A DNA stretch of 64,000 bases from Octopus vulgaris (GCA_951406725.2 OX597832.1:19964001-20028000); one strand, 5' to 3'. Numbered from the stretch's first letter, positions 1 through 14,767 are shown. Numbers and translations: made by a program. Notes: generated by a model from the letters alone, not told the origin.

Positions 1-24
1 TATCGGCATATACACATGCAATCA

Positions 25-168
25 CTTTAATTCGGTTTCCCTCTACTGTATCCACTTACAAGATTTTAATCGGCCCGAGTTTAACACTTTCCCATGTTTC
101 AACAATGGGATTGAACTAGGAACCATGTGATAGACAAGCAATCTTCGTACTACACAGTCACTCCTGCG
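25..168 (-). mobile_element. SINE family A (tRNA head plus CORE-like), degraded 5' part
   Basis: Reverse complement aligns by eye to the head of the full copies at 25598, 32137 and 54304 (…gcaggagtgactgtgtagta…cacatggttcctagttcaatccc). Confidence 0.75.
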
Positions 169-358
169 TGATGATGATTCTGTCAGATCGCTGCCTTAAA
201 TATAATGATGTTTACTCCCATCATTTTCGGAGTACGAGTGGTTGAAAGACATAGAAAGTAAGGAAAGAAAGAAATGCTAAATGGCTTCACTTATTTGCGA
301 TTGATGCGTGAATGAAATTTGAGTTCAAGAAAAAATTTCGGTATGAAGTTTCAATGGA

Positions 359-633
359 GACGGGCTTGGGAACAAGGGTTGTAAGGGGTGCAGTGGGGGC
401 AGGCGCACCCCTTAGAATCTTTGTCGGGTACAAAATCAAAATTTGCACCCTTATTTACTTTTCCGCGTTTAGAAAACAGTGAATAAAAAGTAATCTGCAA
501 AAGGTAGCCCAAAGTTAGATTTCTTATCAAAGATCAAAGAAAAAACATAAATTTAAAAAATAGGACCTTGTTTGTAAAAATTTCTGCACCTGGGTTTGAA
601 CCCCTCTAAGCAAATTTCGTTCCCGAACCAGTG
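359..633. mobile_element. possible non-autonomous DNA transposon (MITE-like)
   Basis: Imperfect terminal inversion (gacgggcttgggaac … gttcccgaaccagtg) with a G-rich subterminal hairpin ggggtgc…gcacccc. Family not identifiable. Confidence 0.35.
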
Positions 634-689
634 CATTGATGATTTTGATTTTTCCTGGGATTGGGCGGATGTGTCTGCTGCTAGATGTA

Positions 690-921
690 ATTCTTCAATT
701 GTCATCTGGATGCATCATGACACATTTTATGCCATGCAGATCGATTTAGGCAATTCCTTTCCCAAGATGTCAAGTTAAGCTGTAGAGATTTTAGCGATTG
801 CTTCAACTTATCCTTATACCTAACAACAGGTCTTCCTTTGCCGCGGTATCTCTCCACTTATTGGCCATACAGAAGAATATTTGGAGTGAGGTCATTTTTC
901 ATTCGAACACCATGCCCTACT
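690..921 (-). pseudogene. RTE-clade LINE ORF2 C-terminal fragment
   Basis: Manual minus-strand translation VGHGVRMKNDLTPNILLYGQ*VERYRGKGRPVVRYKDKLKQSLKSLQLNLTSWERNCLNRSAW matches the RTE/BovB GHVxRM…LYG…GRPxxRYKD…WE…DRSAW pattern; one in-frame stop. Confidence 0.8.
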
Positions 922-969
922 CATCTACACAGAATTCTCATCATCACTATCATGACCATTTTCATCATC

Positions 970-1127
970 AGAAGAAGAAGAAGGAGGAGGAGGAGAAGGA
1001 GAAGAAGAAGAAGAAGAAGAAGAAGAAGAAGAAGAAGAAGAAGAAAGAGGAGGAGGAGGAGGAGGAGAAGAAGGAGGAGGAGGAGGAGGAGGAGGAGGAG
1101 GAAGAAGAAGAAGAAGAAGAAGAAGAA
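970..1127 (+). repeat. (GAA)n/(GAG)n compound microsatellite
   Basis: Directly visible purine triplet run. Confidence 0.97.
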
Positions 1128-2130
1128 GGGTTTCCAAGGACATGCCAGTAACACTTTCATTTCCTCCGGTACATGCGGACCTGCTGAGGCTGATATCCAG
1201 CAGCAGAAACTTCTTATGGATTTAGCAATTTTATTGTTTTCTCGAGCCCGTAGACTCATCCAGTTACCCGCTTCCCATCTGAAAGGCACACCGATCCGTT
1301 GCAGAATCCGTGGACAGCAACTTTGATGGGATGGGGCATGTCGATCATATCGACTCCAATAATATGACTGGTAATGGAATGAAGGGCAAAGCTGATCTCT
1401 GTGCAATTTGAACTCAGAACATAAAGAGTCGGAAAAAATACTGCTAAATATTTTTGTCCGACATGCTAACGCTTCTGAAAACTTAACAGGATTTATTAAC
1501 AGATTAAAGGTAATTCGAAGCTAGATTTGTAACCGAATGTGCATAGAATCGAATTAACCTCTAAAGACAACCAACGGCCTACGAATATGATGCTAGATAC
1601 GTTATGTTCGGCATATTACCATTCAAATTTTTACAAAAGTCAATAACATGTACCTAAGAGTTCAATCTAAATATGGATTTACAAAAGTCAACATGATTAT
1701 ATATTTGTCTTCAAATATATATTCCTAAAAGTTAATCATTCACTAATATTAAACTTTGCACAATTTATGTAACTACCATCTTGTACTTCAGATCAATCAC
1801 TTTTAATAACTATTCCTGTAAGAGAAAAATTGATAGACCACAGGAATTCTGATGCCATTGTGACATAGTCCAGTGTCAACAGTGAGAAGTACTTTCGACT
1901 GAAAACATAACAAGGTACGCTGATGGAACTAGCACGGGTGAGTACAGCAAGGATGAGATTGCGTCTTTAAATCGAAACAACAGACCATGATGCACATTAA
2001 ATATGGGCTAGATTATTCAAGGATCTAGCAAGCATGCGAAAAATTACCCTTCTAGACATTTTGATTACGAGAAAATATGGACGTATGTTTATTTGTATTT
2101 ATACACACGCACACACATATATGTATATAT

Positions 2131-2335
2131 GTAGAGAATTCACGAAAAAAACAAAAACAAAAGACAAAGACAAGTGGTGTAGAAAACAAACAGATGTATT
2201 AGTATAACACTCAGGAATTGAAAAAGTCTTTTACGTTTCGAGCCTACACTCTTCTACAGAAAGGTACACAGAAAGAAACAAGGAGAGAAACAAGGGGAGA
2301 AAAAAATGTGTGTAGTGGCTAACGATCTATCATGG
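2131..2335 (-). mobile_element. Penelope-like terminal-repeat fragment with degenerate minimal hammerhead
   Basis: Minus strand cttt-CTGTAGA-A-gagt-gtag-gctc-GAAA-cg-TA-aaag at about 2226-2264. Related copies at 4360, 34800, 42860, 53330 and 62790; 3' end abuts a TA-rich tract. Confidence 0.65.
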
Positions 2336-2788
2336 CAACTGCCGGTATGTCTCTTCTATTTTATAATTGTTATAAGTCTTCCACTGAGGAGGAAACCGGT
2401 TTCCATCAAAGACACAAGACTCCATCTTTGGGATGTATGTGTGCATGTATGTATGTATGTATGATATAAACAGTTGTACATTTTTTACGAAGTTTGGTAT
2501 TCTTGGATACGAGTTTGTGCGTGTATGTGTGTGTTTGAGTATATATAGTTGAGTGTATCTGTATATATGTATATATATATATATATATGTGTGTGTGTAT
2601 GTATATATATATATATACGTGTGTGTATATATATACACATCTTTATACATATATAAGTATGTGAGTACATGCATATATATATGTATATATATATTTAATA
2701 CAATTATGCATGCACATACATCTGTATCAATATATGAATATGTATAAACACACTTACATATGGATGTATATATATATGTATATGTATA

Positions 2789-2823
<35 letters not shown>

Positions 2824-4339
2824 CAAATATGTACATATTTATTTATATATTTATGTATCTACGTAAACAAAGATTAAGTATAGTATTTGACACGCTCTAC
2901 TTTATCGTTAGATGCCTGAGGTATGTTAATCCAATCATGGTCTACTTGAATCTAGAAAATACCACAAACATCGAATTGTTCTCATTTTATTCGCGCACAA
3001 AATATATAGTATTGAACTATGGGAGCACATAACACTGTAAAATTACTTTGTCGTAAGCAATTCGACGGAGGCCATCCTAGAGCAGCTCGCCAATTGAATA
3101 CCGTTATATAAAAACGTGTGTATATTACTTAATGTTTTGTATTTTTGTTTTAACAAAATTCTCAATGATAATTATAAATGAAGTATTTTCAAGCGCTATG
3201 GTAAACTCTGCATAATTACATTAGCATATCTTCTTATATATGACAGCGTAAGAACAATACTATATTCGTTTTGAATGGAAGAAATTATAAATATACGAGC
3301 TTTTGCAAAGAGGGATTCAGAAGGGGTTAGTAATCCATGTGTAATCCAAGATTTCTGCGCACATTTGAAACAGGTTCAAGCCTACGATATGTGTATATTA
3401 CCCATTATTTTTGTCTTATAATATAGCTCATTGTTCTGTGATGCTAATATCAAACAAATATCTATCTTGTGACAGTTATATATTATTCAATAAACAGAAT
3501 ATATGCTTTTAGCTATGTATGCCATGTGGGTAGTGCCTGATGATTGTGCTAGGGCACTAGATTTGTTAAAATATTGCCAGGCATGCTCTCAGAACATGAA
3601 ACTACTAGTAGTACATGAAAACATATATTTTATTTATTAGATTATGTATATATACATATATATATATGTGTGTGTGTGTGCTTGGGTGGGTGTTGGCATG
3701 CTGGTTGTGTATGTGTTTGTGTATGTATATGTATATATATACATTCAATTGTATTTAAGCAAACTACATAGCGAAAATGAAATTAAGTACGGTATTAAAG
3801 CGCGGATTTTACAATTTTATGTGTCTTACTTCCCTTCAGAATATTATCACTTATATGCGTACAGCGTTTGAAATAAAAATGTATCAATATTCGAAGAAAA
3901 CCCTCTACCAATAGCGGATTCACTAAGCCGTCGTTCGACCGGAAGTCTAGCAACTGGTTAGCTGCCTGAAACTTCGAAGTTACTATCAAAAAGTTTCTTG
4001 CATAAAAATGATAAATTTGTACATATAAAAACATGGAGTATCCCACCATATTAATATGAAATTGTTTTTATTATAACAACATAAAAACACGCTTCGATAT
4101 ACATATATATAGCGTCGTAAATGTATTGACTACCATTTCCACTAAACTTTTGTGCCTTGTACCATGACTGTATTTTTATTCTTCTACTTTTACGGTGCTT
4201 TATTTTACTAGAAAGTAATACATTTGCATTGCAATATTTTATTTTTCATTGAACATTTTTTCCCTGTTCCAGGTCTGTTAACGGTTAGGCGTTTAGGCGA
4301 GTATACCGGCATTGATGTAGCAACATTTGAGATATTGCC

Positions 4340-4490
4340 CAGGTAAAACACATACAACCCTTTCTGCCGAAGAGCGTAGGGTCGAAACGTCAAAGACTTT
4401 TTTATTATTCCCGAGCAAGAAACTAATACACTTAGAAGTCGTTCCCTCACCTATCTTCGTCTTTAATTTTCTATAAATTTAAACTATACC
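4340..4490 (+). mobile_element. Penelope-like terminal-repeat fragment with degenerate minimal hammerhead
   Basis: cttt-CTGCCGA-A-gagc-gtag-ggtc-GAAA-cg-TC-aaag at 4360-4395; downstream sequence is homologous to the 2131 and 62750 copies; (TA)n follows at 4514. Confidence 0.65.
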
Positions 4491-4508
4491 TCTCTCCCTC
4501 TTTCTCCC

Positions 4509-4582
<74 letters not shown>

Positions 4583-6129
4583 TATGTATGTATATACATT
4601 CTATGTTGAGGTATTACTACGATGAATTCTCATTTGTTCTGTTGATGTAGATCTCTAAATAGCGTTACGAACGAATATAATGATGAGTCTCTATTTAGAA
4701 GGTGAAGAAGAGAAAGACAAAAAAAAAAAAAGAAAAAGAAAAAAAAATCAAATCATAAATAAAACTTATCTCCGCATAGATAGTCAAAGCATAAACAAGA
4801 AAAGAATTCTAGCAGAGAGAAGAATTAAGAACAATAAATACTTAATATTTTGTAACTGGTCAGGTGGAAATAAGACGCTGTGTATGAAATCTGTTTGTGT
4901 GTATGTATGTATGTATGTATGTATGTATGTATGTATGTATGCATATATGTATGTGTGTTTGTATGTATGCGGCTATGAGGATGTATATGTATAAATCGAT
5001 AAGTGTGTCTATGCATATTATACATAAGTATATATGTGTATGTGTATGTGTATGTGTTTGTGTGTATGTGTGCGCGTATGTGTGTGTGTGTGGGTATACT
5101 TGGAAATGTCTGTGTGTATATACACGTATAAAAGAAGAAATGTATTTTGATGATAAAGCAATTATGTTGAAAACAAAATATATCACCGAAAAAATATTAG
5201 TATTAATACTCTCCTCTAAAGCAGTAACCTGGCACAGTCGTTAACACCCTTGGTAAAATGCTCCTCGGCATTTCGACCGCCTTTACGTTTGGAGTTCGCG
5301 CTCTGCCGATATTGTATATATATTTTTTTTAATTTGATTTAGTACGAAAGGATTGTAGTATATATTTCAGGGTCGATAAAATAAATAATAAAATGACGAG
5401 AAACATTATTTTGTCAGAAAAGTATATATTGGACCAAAGATTATTCACCCATATTCGATTTGTTGTCGATTGCAATACTTGAAAATTTGTCACAGACTGC
5501 ACCAGATCAATTTTCATATGAAGAAAAGTGGTATTCAAATTTATTCCCGTGGAAAACCACTGTTTTCATGTTTTCAATATCATGACCATAGAATACACGT
5601 GAGCAAAGAAAACTATTATTGTTTTAATTTTGCTGTATATCGGAATATTTATTTATAAACATATTGCTTTTTCCCCTCATTATTTAGAAAGTAACCTAAT
5701 TTGACATTTTGGTAATTAGAAAAAAAATCACCATTAAATAGCAATGTGTGTGTTTGCAAAATTTACCAATTTTGACATATTTTCAAAATTGCAAGATAAA
5801 AATCACAGTTTTTGCTACATTTATCTAGGAGACGCGTGCACACAGATGGACTAATGGATTTCGTGATTTCTATCTTAACGTTCTTTAAACTCCACATATT
5901 TCTGGAGAGTGAAGTAGTAAAACATTTTATTAAGTATCTGAATATATGCATATGTTTCAAGGTTTATTTTTTTCACACGATGTTTTACGTACACTAGATA
6001 GCTTACTTTCACGGTTAGATGTAAATGGGGCCTTAACTCGTTGAAAGAAGCTATTAGAAGCATATGTATCTGCTAAATGCTTTTTACAACCCTGAGCCGA
6101 GTAATTACATTATGATCGAATTCATTAAA

Positions 6130-6405
6130 CGGAGACTATGTAGAAGTCTGTCGTAGATGTGTATGAGCGCGTGCGTGCGTACGTGGTTGTGTTTGCTTTA
6201 CGTTGGTGTTTGTTCTCCAGCACTGCATATTAACCAGTTTTGGTTTGTTTACGTCCGAATAACATACTGTTTAATCAAAAGACCAATAGTATAAGCACGA
6301 GATTTAAAAGAAAAACGGTGAGTATTGGTGTCGTTTTGATCGACTAAATACTTCATGATGGTACCTTAGCTGACCTCGGTCCGATGACTGAGACAAGTAA
6401 ATGAT
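6130..6405 (+). mobile_element. SINE family A, old degraded 3' part
   Basis: Diverged match including the tail …gatgactgagacaagtaaa. Confidence 0.6.
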
Positions 6406-8255
6406 AAAAAGATATGATACACGAAAAACTTTACTTATGTTGTTAGTAGTTTCTTCTTCAGGTAGAAATATCTTCATCTTATGACGAAGTAAAAAAATAA
6501 AACTTTGTTCGTCATTTGAGGTTTGCCACACCAATATTAATAATATAATGGAATCGAATTGGAATCAACAAAGACGCGAAACCGTTTTGTGAAGTTGGTT
6601 TCGACTAACAATTTACTTCTTGTCGTATAAGACACATACACACAACAAAGAACCTAATAAAATTAAATGTGCTAATATTACTAAGATGATTCGGCGTTTC
6701 GCAAGTGAGAATTTTGCTTAATATGAAGTACAAAAGACAAAAATTATTGTTGATCAGTGACCAACAGCTAATCTTGTGTAAAAGCTTTCTTTTCTTTCTA
6801 TTTGAGAACTTCTGAGCAAAAGAGAATATCATTCTTTTGTGTTGAAAATACATATAACAGACAGTCATTTAAGATTTGTGCAACCAACTGGATGGTAAGA
6901 TCAGACAGGAAGGGAAATTAACCGAACCAAAAGAACGAAAACAGATTAACAGACAATAAAATAGAATAATTAATTAATCTTGGTTAATCATCTCATTATT
7001 GCTGATATTATTATTAAAAAGTTTTCGGTCTTTAAGATTTTTGAGGTATTCACCTTGTGGGCTTAATTAGTCCTCGCGTAGCTATAGCTAGTTGTACGAA
7101 AATATGGTGTGCTATGGTGTGGCAACTGCTTTCATTAAAAATAAGGCGGAAAGTGAGAATACCATCAAAGACTCAACTTCACAGAAGCAAACCGGAATTG
7201 GTATCACTCGTTGTCAATCAAAATGTGAGCAATTTAAATCAAAGTAGAACGGACAAGAGCTAAATGAAGAGAGAATGCGATAAAGAAATAGAGATTGAGA
7301 TATAGAATGGACGCAAGAAAGACACTCAGAGAAGAGAGAGAACGATGAAGAGCGAGATCAAGAGAGATAGGGAAAAAGGAAAGCAAGAAAAAGAAAGCAA
7401 GAGAGAGAGACAGAGAGGAGATGAAGAGAAAATAGTGGTAGAGAACGAAAGAGATGGAAAAGTACACGAATACATATTAAAGAGGGAAAAGAAAGACTGT
7501 GAAGAATTAGTAAGAAGAAAAGAACAGCTCAATAAATTAAGCTACTATTTGATAAAGAAAAGAACGGCACAAGGGGACTATGAAATAAAATGAATGGCTA
7601 TGAGCAAATGGGTGGATTATTTTCTAAGAAATTTGGCAGAGTATTACAGGCAGACAATATAAAAACTGAAGTGGTTGGGTATGGAGGTATACGTAAACTG
7701 GAAACGAAGATGTTTGTGTGTATGTGTGAGTGTGTTAGAGTATATGTGATTGTGTGAAATAGAGGAAGGTGCAGAAACTCTTTACATGTGTGTATGTGTG
7801 TTGTGACGGGGGTGATCTTCTTGGTAGAAATGTCACTATTTTTATGCTTCAGAAGACTGAACTGCCGGACTAATCAGTCTTAGTATACGGCAAAAAGACG
7901 AAAGGAAATAGTAGAATAGTTATCCTTGGTATGAACAATAACACTAAAGCTGGGTTTTGGACCTTTCACCTAATTTCCGGTGTATGAATCCATGCATGGA
8001 AGAATATTGAAGAGAGAGAAAATAACGAAAACAAACAAAAAAATAAAAAATAACAAAACAAACAAAAAAAAAACGTTAAACAACAATACCTCATAAAAAA
8101 AACACAAAACAAAAGGAGACAACATCAAAATGGAAAGAAACAATAAAAAAAAGAACAAAAATAATAATATTCTTCCTATTAAATCCCGAAATGAGGAGAT
8201 CAGGTCACAAAATTTAAATTTAGAAGCCGCCAAAGGAATTACATGAAATACGAGG

Positions 8256-8256
<1 letters not shown>

Positions 8257-8320
<64 letters not shown>

Positions 8321-8365
8321 TAATAATAATAATAATAATAATAATAATGATGATGATGATAATAA
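8257..8365 (+). repeat. (AAT)n/(GAT)n microsatellite
   Basis: Directly visible. Confidence 0.95.
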
Positions 8366-9034
8366 TAGAAGGTAATACTGCCCAAAGATTGTACCCAATT
8401 TTGGGAACCAATTTTGGCGCGGTCCTTTGATATATTTAAAGAAATTGCTCAATAGCTTGAATACATAACAGTTAATACATTAAATGACTCTCTTTGTCAA
8501 TATTGTTCATTATAAAGGAAAATTGTTGTGGAAGTCCTTTTATTTTGTCTTGGCCTTGTTCTGTGGTCTTTGTGTCGTTTTATTGCTCGTTTCTGTTCGT
8601 AACTACTTTGGCCACAAGCAATAACTTGTGAGATCTTCTACGAGAATATCTGCACGGTTATATTAAATGCTAGAAATAGTAGCTAAATCTTCGTCAATAT
8701 TCTCTAGATCCTAAAGAAAAGGGAATCATGCATATGAATTTGTTCTCGTTATTGAGAAAAAAATTATAGCATTTATGGCTATAAAAGATTTTCTCGGTTA
8801 TGTTTGATTTGGGGCTAAACAGCAGCAACAACAGCAACATTATAATATAATTCCTCATATATTCTTTCAATTGCTTAGTACATGTCACACACGTATATGC
8901 AGCGAAACCTCCCGGAATTATAATACCATTAATATGTTATAACCATTACGAGGATTAGAATCTTAACGAAGGACGACCACACAATTTGGACATATGTTAT
9001 AATGGTTTCAAATTTTTCTACAAGGGCAACATTT

Positions 9035-9421
9035 TTGGGGTGAGGATGAGTCGATTATATCGACCCCAGTGTTTAACAAGTACTTAACTTATGGACTTCG
9101 AAAGAATGACAGGCAAAGTCGACCTCGGTGCAATTTGAACTCAGAAAGTAGCGACGGGGGAAATACAGCTAAGCATTTCGTCCAGCGTGCTAACGATTCT
9201 TATTTCTTTATTGCCCACAAGGGGCTAAATATAGAGGGGACAAACAAGGACAGACAAAGGGATTAAGTCGATTACATCGAGCCCAGTGCGTAACTGGTAC
9301 TTAATTTATCGACCCCGAGGCAAAATCGACCTCGGCGGAATTTGAACTCAGAACGTAACGGCAGACGAAATACTGCTAAGCATTTCGCCCGGCGTGCTGA
9401 CGTTTCTGCCCGCTCACCGCC
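9035..9421 (-). mobile_element. SINE family B (Meta-domain-like), dimeric
   Basis: Reverse complement of the 22114 element: two units of ttctgagttcaaatt…ccgaggtcga; head aggcggtgagcgggcagaaacgtcagcacgccgggcgaaatgcttagc. Confidence 0.85.
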
Positions 9422-10949
9422 TTAATATATGTTACAATATAAACAGCAAAGCCATCATAAACTAAGAAACTAGTTAAACCTAAAAAGGTTTAACGCTACA
9501 ACAATTACGATGTTAACTTCTAAACCGCAAGAACACAGATACAAATGGTTCACGGTCAGCGACAGAGACGAAATAAAGTAGCATACCGGAGTGACGGATA
9601 CCATTATGGCTTTGGCGTCTCGGCCATATCAGTCAATCGCCTTCCATTAGTCGAGAAAGGTAGGCAGCTTTCATTCGTTTGGTAGCTATGGTAAAACAGA
9701 TTTTATAGTAGATATGGTAGAAATAGCTGAAAGCACACACTTTTCTCCATGGCCAAGCTTGCGTGAAATTGTGGATGGAGAGGGAGGTTCTGCACATACA
9801 GCGCGAAGTATTTGAAATTTGCGCGAAAATAGTGTGAGCATACTTTGAGCATGCGCCCTTTTACATGTGCACACCAAGTGATGTAAATATTTTTTATGGG
9901 TCTTCAGTGCCATTGAGATTCTTTGTGGGGTTTCTATTATTGACTCTAAATACTTCCCCCTTTTGCAGTTGTTACACCTTTTACACTACATAAGCAATCC
10001 ACGCCACCATATCTATATTTCGTCCATTTTTGTTTTCTGTCTTTGCTTGTCTTTCTGGCCTTGAAGAGTAAGCAGAATCGTTATATTGCCGAACATAAAT
10101 CATTAGCGAGATTTCTTGCTGTATTACATTCTTAGTTGAAATTGCGCCGTAGTTGGCATCGCCTTTCATTCATACGGGGCCGATACAATGTACCAATAAC
10201 ACACTGAGGTCGATATAATCGACTAATTCGCTCACCCAAAATTTCATGTCTTGTTCTCTTACAGTAAGAGTTATTATTTTGTTATTATTATGGATTGTTC
10301 AATTGCTTACAATTGCTTTCATATAACTTTAAAATATTTTGTGTTTATAAAGTTCAGCGTCATACATGATTAATTCGTTTGAAATTAATTTCCATAGGGT
10401 GAATTCTTCAGTAATCTCTCCGTGTGCTCGTACAGGGATTCAGAGGGAAAGCAAGTTACTCTACTGCAGTTGTTATAGCAGCATGGTTGCAACTCCAGAA
10501 CAAAGGCATTGTTTCGTTCCTTATTCCGTGAACTGGCGAGTATTATGGGTGGAAATCCAATCACGAATTACAGAGCTTACCACCGGCCACAGTCATGGGT
10601 ACGAACAAATCTTATGAAGATGATACAGAAAGTGACCCGGAATAACAGATGGCTGGGGATTAAAGTAGGAGGAAAAAATTCGAAATAATGACTAGTCCAT
10701 AATATAAAAAACCGCAAACATCACAATCTAAGACAGTATAAGACGAGTTGAATCTATTGAAGGAAATAAAGGTTCGAAAAGGAATAATGTGCTGACTGTG
10801 GAGGAGTTATGCTCAGAATTTGCGCTACTTTAAAATATTAGACTGCTAATAAAATAGCATCAGTAGTCTTATTGCAGCGTGGAAGGTGTTTGTAAGCCAT
10901 TTAAGAAACACACAAAAGCCGTCCGATTCACTTCAACATTTAAGTTTAA

Positions 10950-10999
10950 TTTGTCAAAATATTTTCGTCGCGAAAATCCGCGACCTGTTCACTGACAAA
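10950..10999 (-). ncRNA. minimal Type I hammerhead ribozyme, G3:C8 core variant
   Basis: Minus strand UUUGUCA-GUGAACA-G-GUCGCG-GAUUUU-CGCGAC-GAAA-AUAU-U-U-UGACAAA: perfect 7-bp helix I, perfect 6-bp helix II, GAAA box and palindromic helix III; positions 3 and 8 are swapped in a compensatory way. Confidence 0.72.
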
Positions 11000-11420
11000 A
11001 ATCCGTGCTGCATCTCTTTTCGTTCCAGCACACGATCTCAGATCAAATCACTTGCTATGCGAGTTCATCTCCGTAAAGTAGTCTTATTTAATTTTAGATA
11101 TCGAGAAAACGTTGACGAGTATACATCCGTTTCGTCACCAAAGCTGTACCCAATGAAAGTTTCCATGATTAGATTATGATGTGTGATCGGGTTCGTAGCG
11201 TGAACTGATTTAACCAATGTGGCTGTTCGTCTGTTATTTGTGTGTGTAGACGTGACCATATTTATTTTCTTTTTTTCTAAATAAACAACCAGTTATTTAA
11301 ATCTATATGTGTTTGTCACTTTTCTTATATATTATACGTGGATTAAATATTGATAGTACCACCATTGAAAAGTTCAGTGTATGTCGGCGCACCGAATGAA
11401 TTGCGATGACATGTCTGTGA

Positions 11421-11474
<54 letters not shown>

Positions 11475-11561
11475 GCATGTGTAAACGTCTGCTCACTCAC
11501 ACTCATATAGAAATATATTTGAGTGCGTTTATATTCAAATATCTATATCTATATCTATATA

Positions 11562-11646
<85 letters not shown>

Positions 11647-12334
11647 ATATATATATATATATGTATGTATGTATGTATGAGTTTGTATATGAGTGAATGT
11701 ATACGCACAGAGAGATACACGTATACAAATTTCTCTTTTGCGTAATTCAAAATAAAGCAAACGCCAAAATGAAGATAAGTAGGTGTCTCCGACACTGTTT
11801 AATTTTCCACTTCACTTAACCACATTTAAACTTTAAAGTGTCTGCAGAATATTGATAGTATATACTGACCACCACAAACAGTTTAAGACATAATTTAGGC
11901 CTTCTTACAGTTTCTTTATTTTTTTACACATTCATTTTATTTTACACTATTTCTTTTCATTATTTGCTTTGTTATACAGCGGGGAAATGGTTAAAAAAGT
12001 TCATGCATAAACGTCTAGAGACGAAAAATAATATCCTACGAAAATGATTAATAAATATAAATGATGTCCTTTGACTTCAATATAAATATATTTATCACCA
12101 TGGGAACGAAACAAATTTTCAAAGAAATGTAATTTTATATTGTTCTTATAAAATATTTGTTCTCCTTTTATTTTATGGTTCTAACAGTCTAATTTCTTCA
12201 TATATTTGGTGTAATTTGTGCTTGCTGTGTTTTCAGAACTGATGGCAATTTTTTACGGTGTACAGTTTCCACTACTATAATTCGTTTCATACTTACCTAT
12301 ATATATATATATACGCATACGTATACAAAATTTG

Positions 12335-12583
12335 ACATTATGCCGTGCTTGAGATGTTCGATCAAACCAAGAAATATCGCAGTCGTAACAGATACTAGTG
12401 TCAAGCAAATGGCACCCTTCCCGGTGGCACGTAAAAAGCAGACATCAAACTCTCGGAGTGATTGGCGTTAAGAAGGGCATCCAGCCTTAGAAACCATGCC
12501 AAATCAGACTGGAGACTGATCCCTGGTCAAACCGTCGTGTCCATGCCAGCATGGACAACGTACGTTATATGATGATGATGATG
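12335..12583 (+). mobile_element. SINE 3' part ending in a (TGA)n tail
   Basis: Contains tggcacgtaaaaagc and ttggcgttaagaagggcatccagc motifs typical of metazoan SINE bodies and ends in atgatgatgatg. Single copy in this window. Confidence 0.55.
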
Positions 12584-12586
12584 ACT

Positions 12587-12617
<31 letters not shown>

Positions 12618-12874
12618 ACACACACACACACACACACGCACATATATATATATGCGTGTTTGACAGAAATGCTGAAACTAATAAAGAGGAGTGGATCCAA
12701 AACAATGCCTTGTCTGACAGCACTAATGACTCCTGCCGAGCGTGATCGAACACCATCGATTACCAGATGTCGACTTAAGAAGCTCCCAATCCGCCTTTAT
12801 ATTTTCCTCGGTATCCAATGTTGAATAGTTTCTTACAATCACAAGCGCACACATACGCATGTTATATATACATA

Positions 12875-12937
<63 letters not shown>

Positions 12938-12942
<5 letters not shown>

Positions 12943-13287
12943 ATAAAATCCGTTTTGTATGTCTGTCTGTGTGTCTTATAGGATCTCGGGCATCCTCCAT
13001 CCGATTGCGCTCAAATTTGATATGTAGACACCGACGGTATCAGGGCGTGTATAAGTCTTGAAAAAATTACAAAAATCGATACCAGGTAAGAATGCCATCG
13101 AAAAAGAATTCTTTAGAATAGAAAAAAGTCTATCTTTATTTCTTCTGTTGCTGATGTCTCAAATTTAGGTTGAATGAGTGTTTCTCAAAGGAGAGGCCTA
13201 TGGGACGGTCGGATAGGTTGTTTTGACAAAATTTGGTTTAAATGTTTGACAACTCAGCACCGTCCATTGGACGGGGGCCATTTTTCT

Positions 13288-13290
<3 letters not shown>
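12938..13290 (+). mobile_element. possible non-autonomous Helitron-like element within (TA)n
   Basis: Starts …tataaaa…gtctgtctgtgtgtc, contains ccgattgcgctcaaatttg and a 3' GC hairpin ccgtcc-att-ggacgg (about 13259-13274); (TA)n on both sides. Terminal CTAG not cleanly preserved. Confidence 0.45.
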
Positions 13291-13332
<42 letters not shown>

Positions 13333-14013
13333 TAGAAGAACGAGTGGGACATAGAGGAACTAAGAGACGGAGATAATCATTTAAAAAGACAGATAGACCT
13401 ACAATGTGTGAAACACAGAAATATATTACGAAGATTCATTCTTTCTTAGAGTTTCAATCAATGTGTATGTATCCCTATGTGGACGCTCGTGTGCATTTTT
13501 ATACAGATGGGTATGTATGTATGTATGTATCTATGAGACAGTCTATACGCTCGTATGAATATTTGTTAGTGAAGAGACTGCTGAAGTGTGTATCTCGTAC
13601 ACATACGGCTAACATAATTGTCTTCTTTTATTTCCAGTTGTGGATCTTTCGAAGCAAATCAATTTTATAACATTTCAATACATTGTAATAAACGGAAGAA
13701 ACGGAAATAAAACTAGAAATCCGTTGAGGTGGAAATATTTCAGCAAGGAAATATTAATTCCATTAAACACTCAACACTATCTAGATTATGCATTGATACA
13801 TCTGTGCGTATATACATACATGTATATATATATATGTATATATATATATATACACGTATATAGGTATATATATAAACATGTATATACATATATATATACA
13901 TATACGTACACACAGACACATATATATATACATATATAAATATATATATATGTAAATATATACATATATATACATATATATATATATATGTGTGTATATA
14001 TATGTATATATAA

Positions 14014-14068
<55 letters not shown>

Positions 14069-14239
14069 CGAACAAGAACTTACGTATAATTAACGTACGT
14101 AAGTATAATTCGTAATGTGAAATTCGAATAACAAGATGTAAGGTGCCAGCTGCAATGTATACATACACAAACATACATACATGAATATACATATATATAC
14201 ACACTAGTATAAACTCTTCTTTATATATAAACACACACG

Positions 14240-14380
<141 letters not shown>

Positions 14381-14728
14381 ACACGTTAAATATGTCATAT
14401 ATGCTAATTAAATACAACCGTATTGTCAGAAATACAAACGCAAAGTATGTTTTAGAGTGAAATATATGTGTTTCGATATAAACGTAAAGCGCGCGCATTA
14501 CTGTGTACATATAATTATTGAGCTATACCAGTATACATCTACTTTTAACGTAATAATAAATTATACTTAGTTTTACTTGTAATCATATTCATTCATTGTA
14601 TTTATAATTAGGTATGTATTTGATATAGTTTTATATGATAGATGTATATGTGTATGCTGACTTCTCTGTTAACGTCTCTCCCTCTTTACCCTACCATCTC
14701 TCTATAAATCGATTTCTCTATATGCATA

Positions 14729-14767
<39 letters not shown>

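Noticed and set aside
1810-2090. Higher-complexity stretch that might be a host exon
   Set aside because: No ORF of 60 aa or more, no recognisable motif and no convincing splice pair.
14071-14105. Small hairpin acttacgta…tacgtaagt
   Set aside because: A 9-bp stem in AT-rich sequence is compatible with chance.
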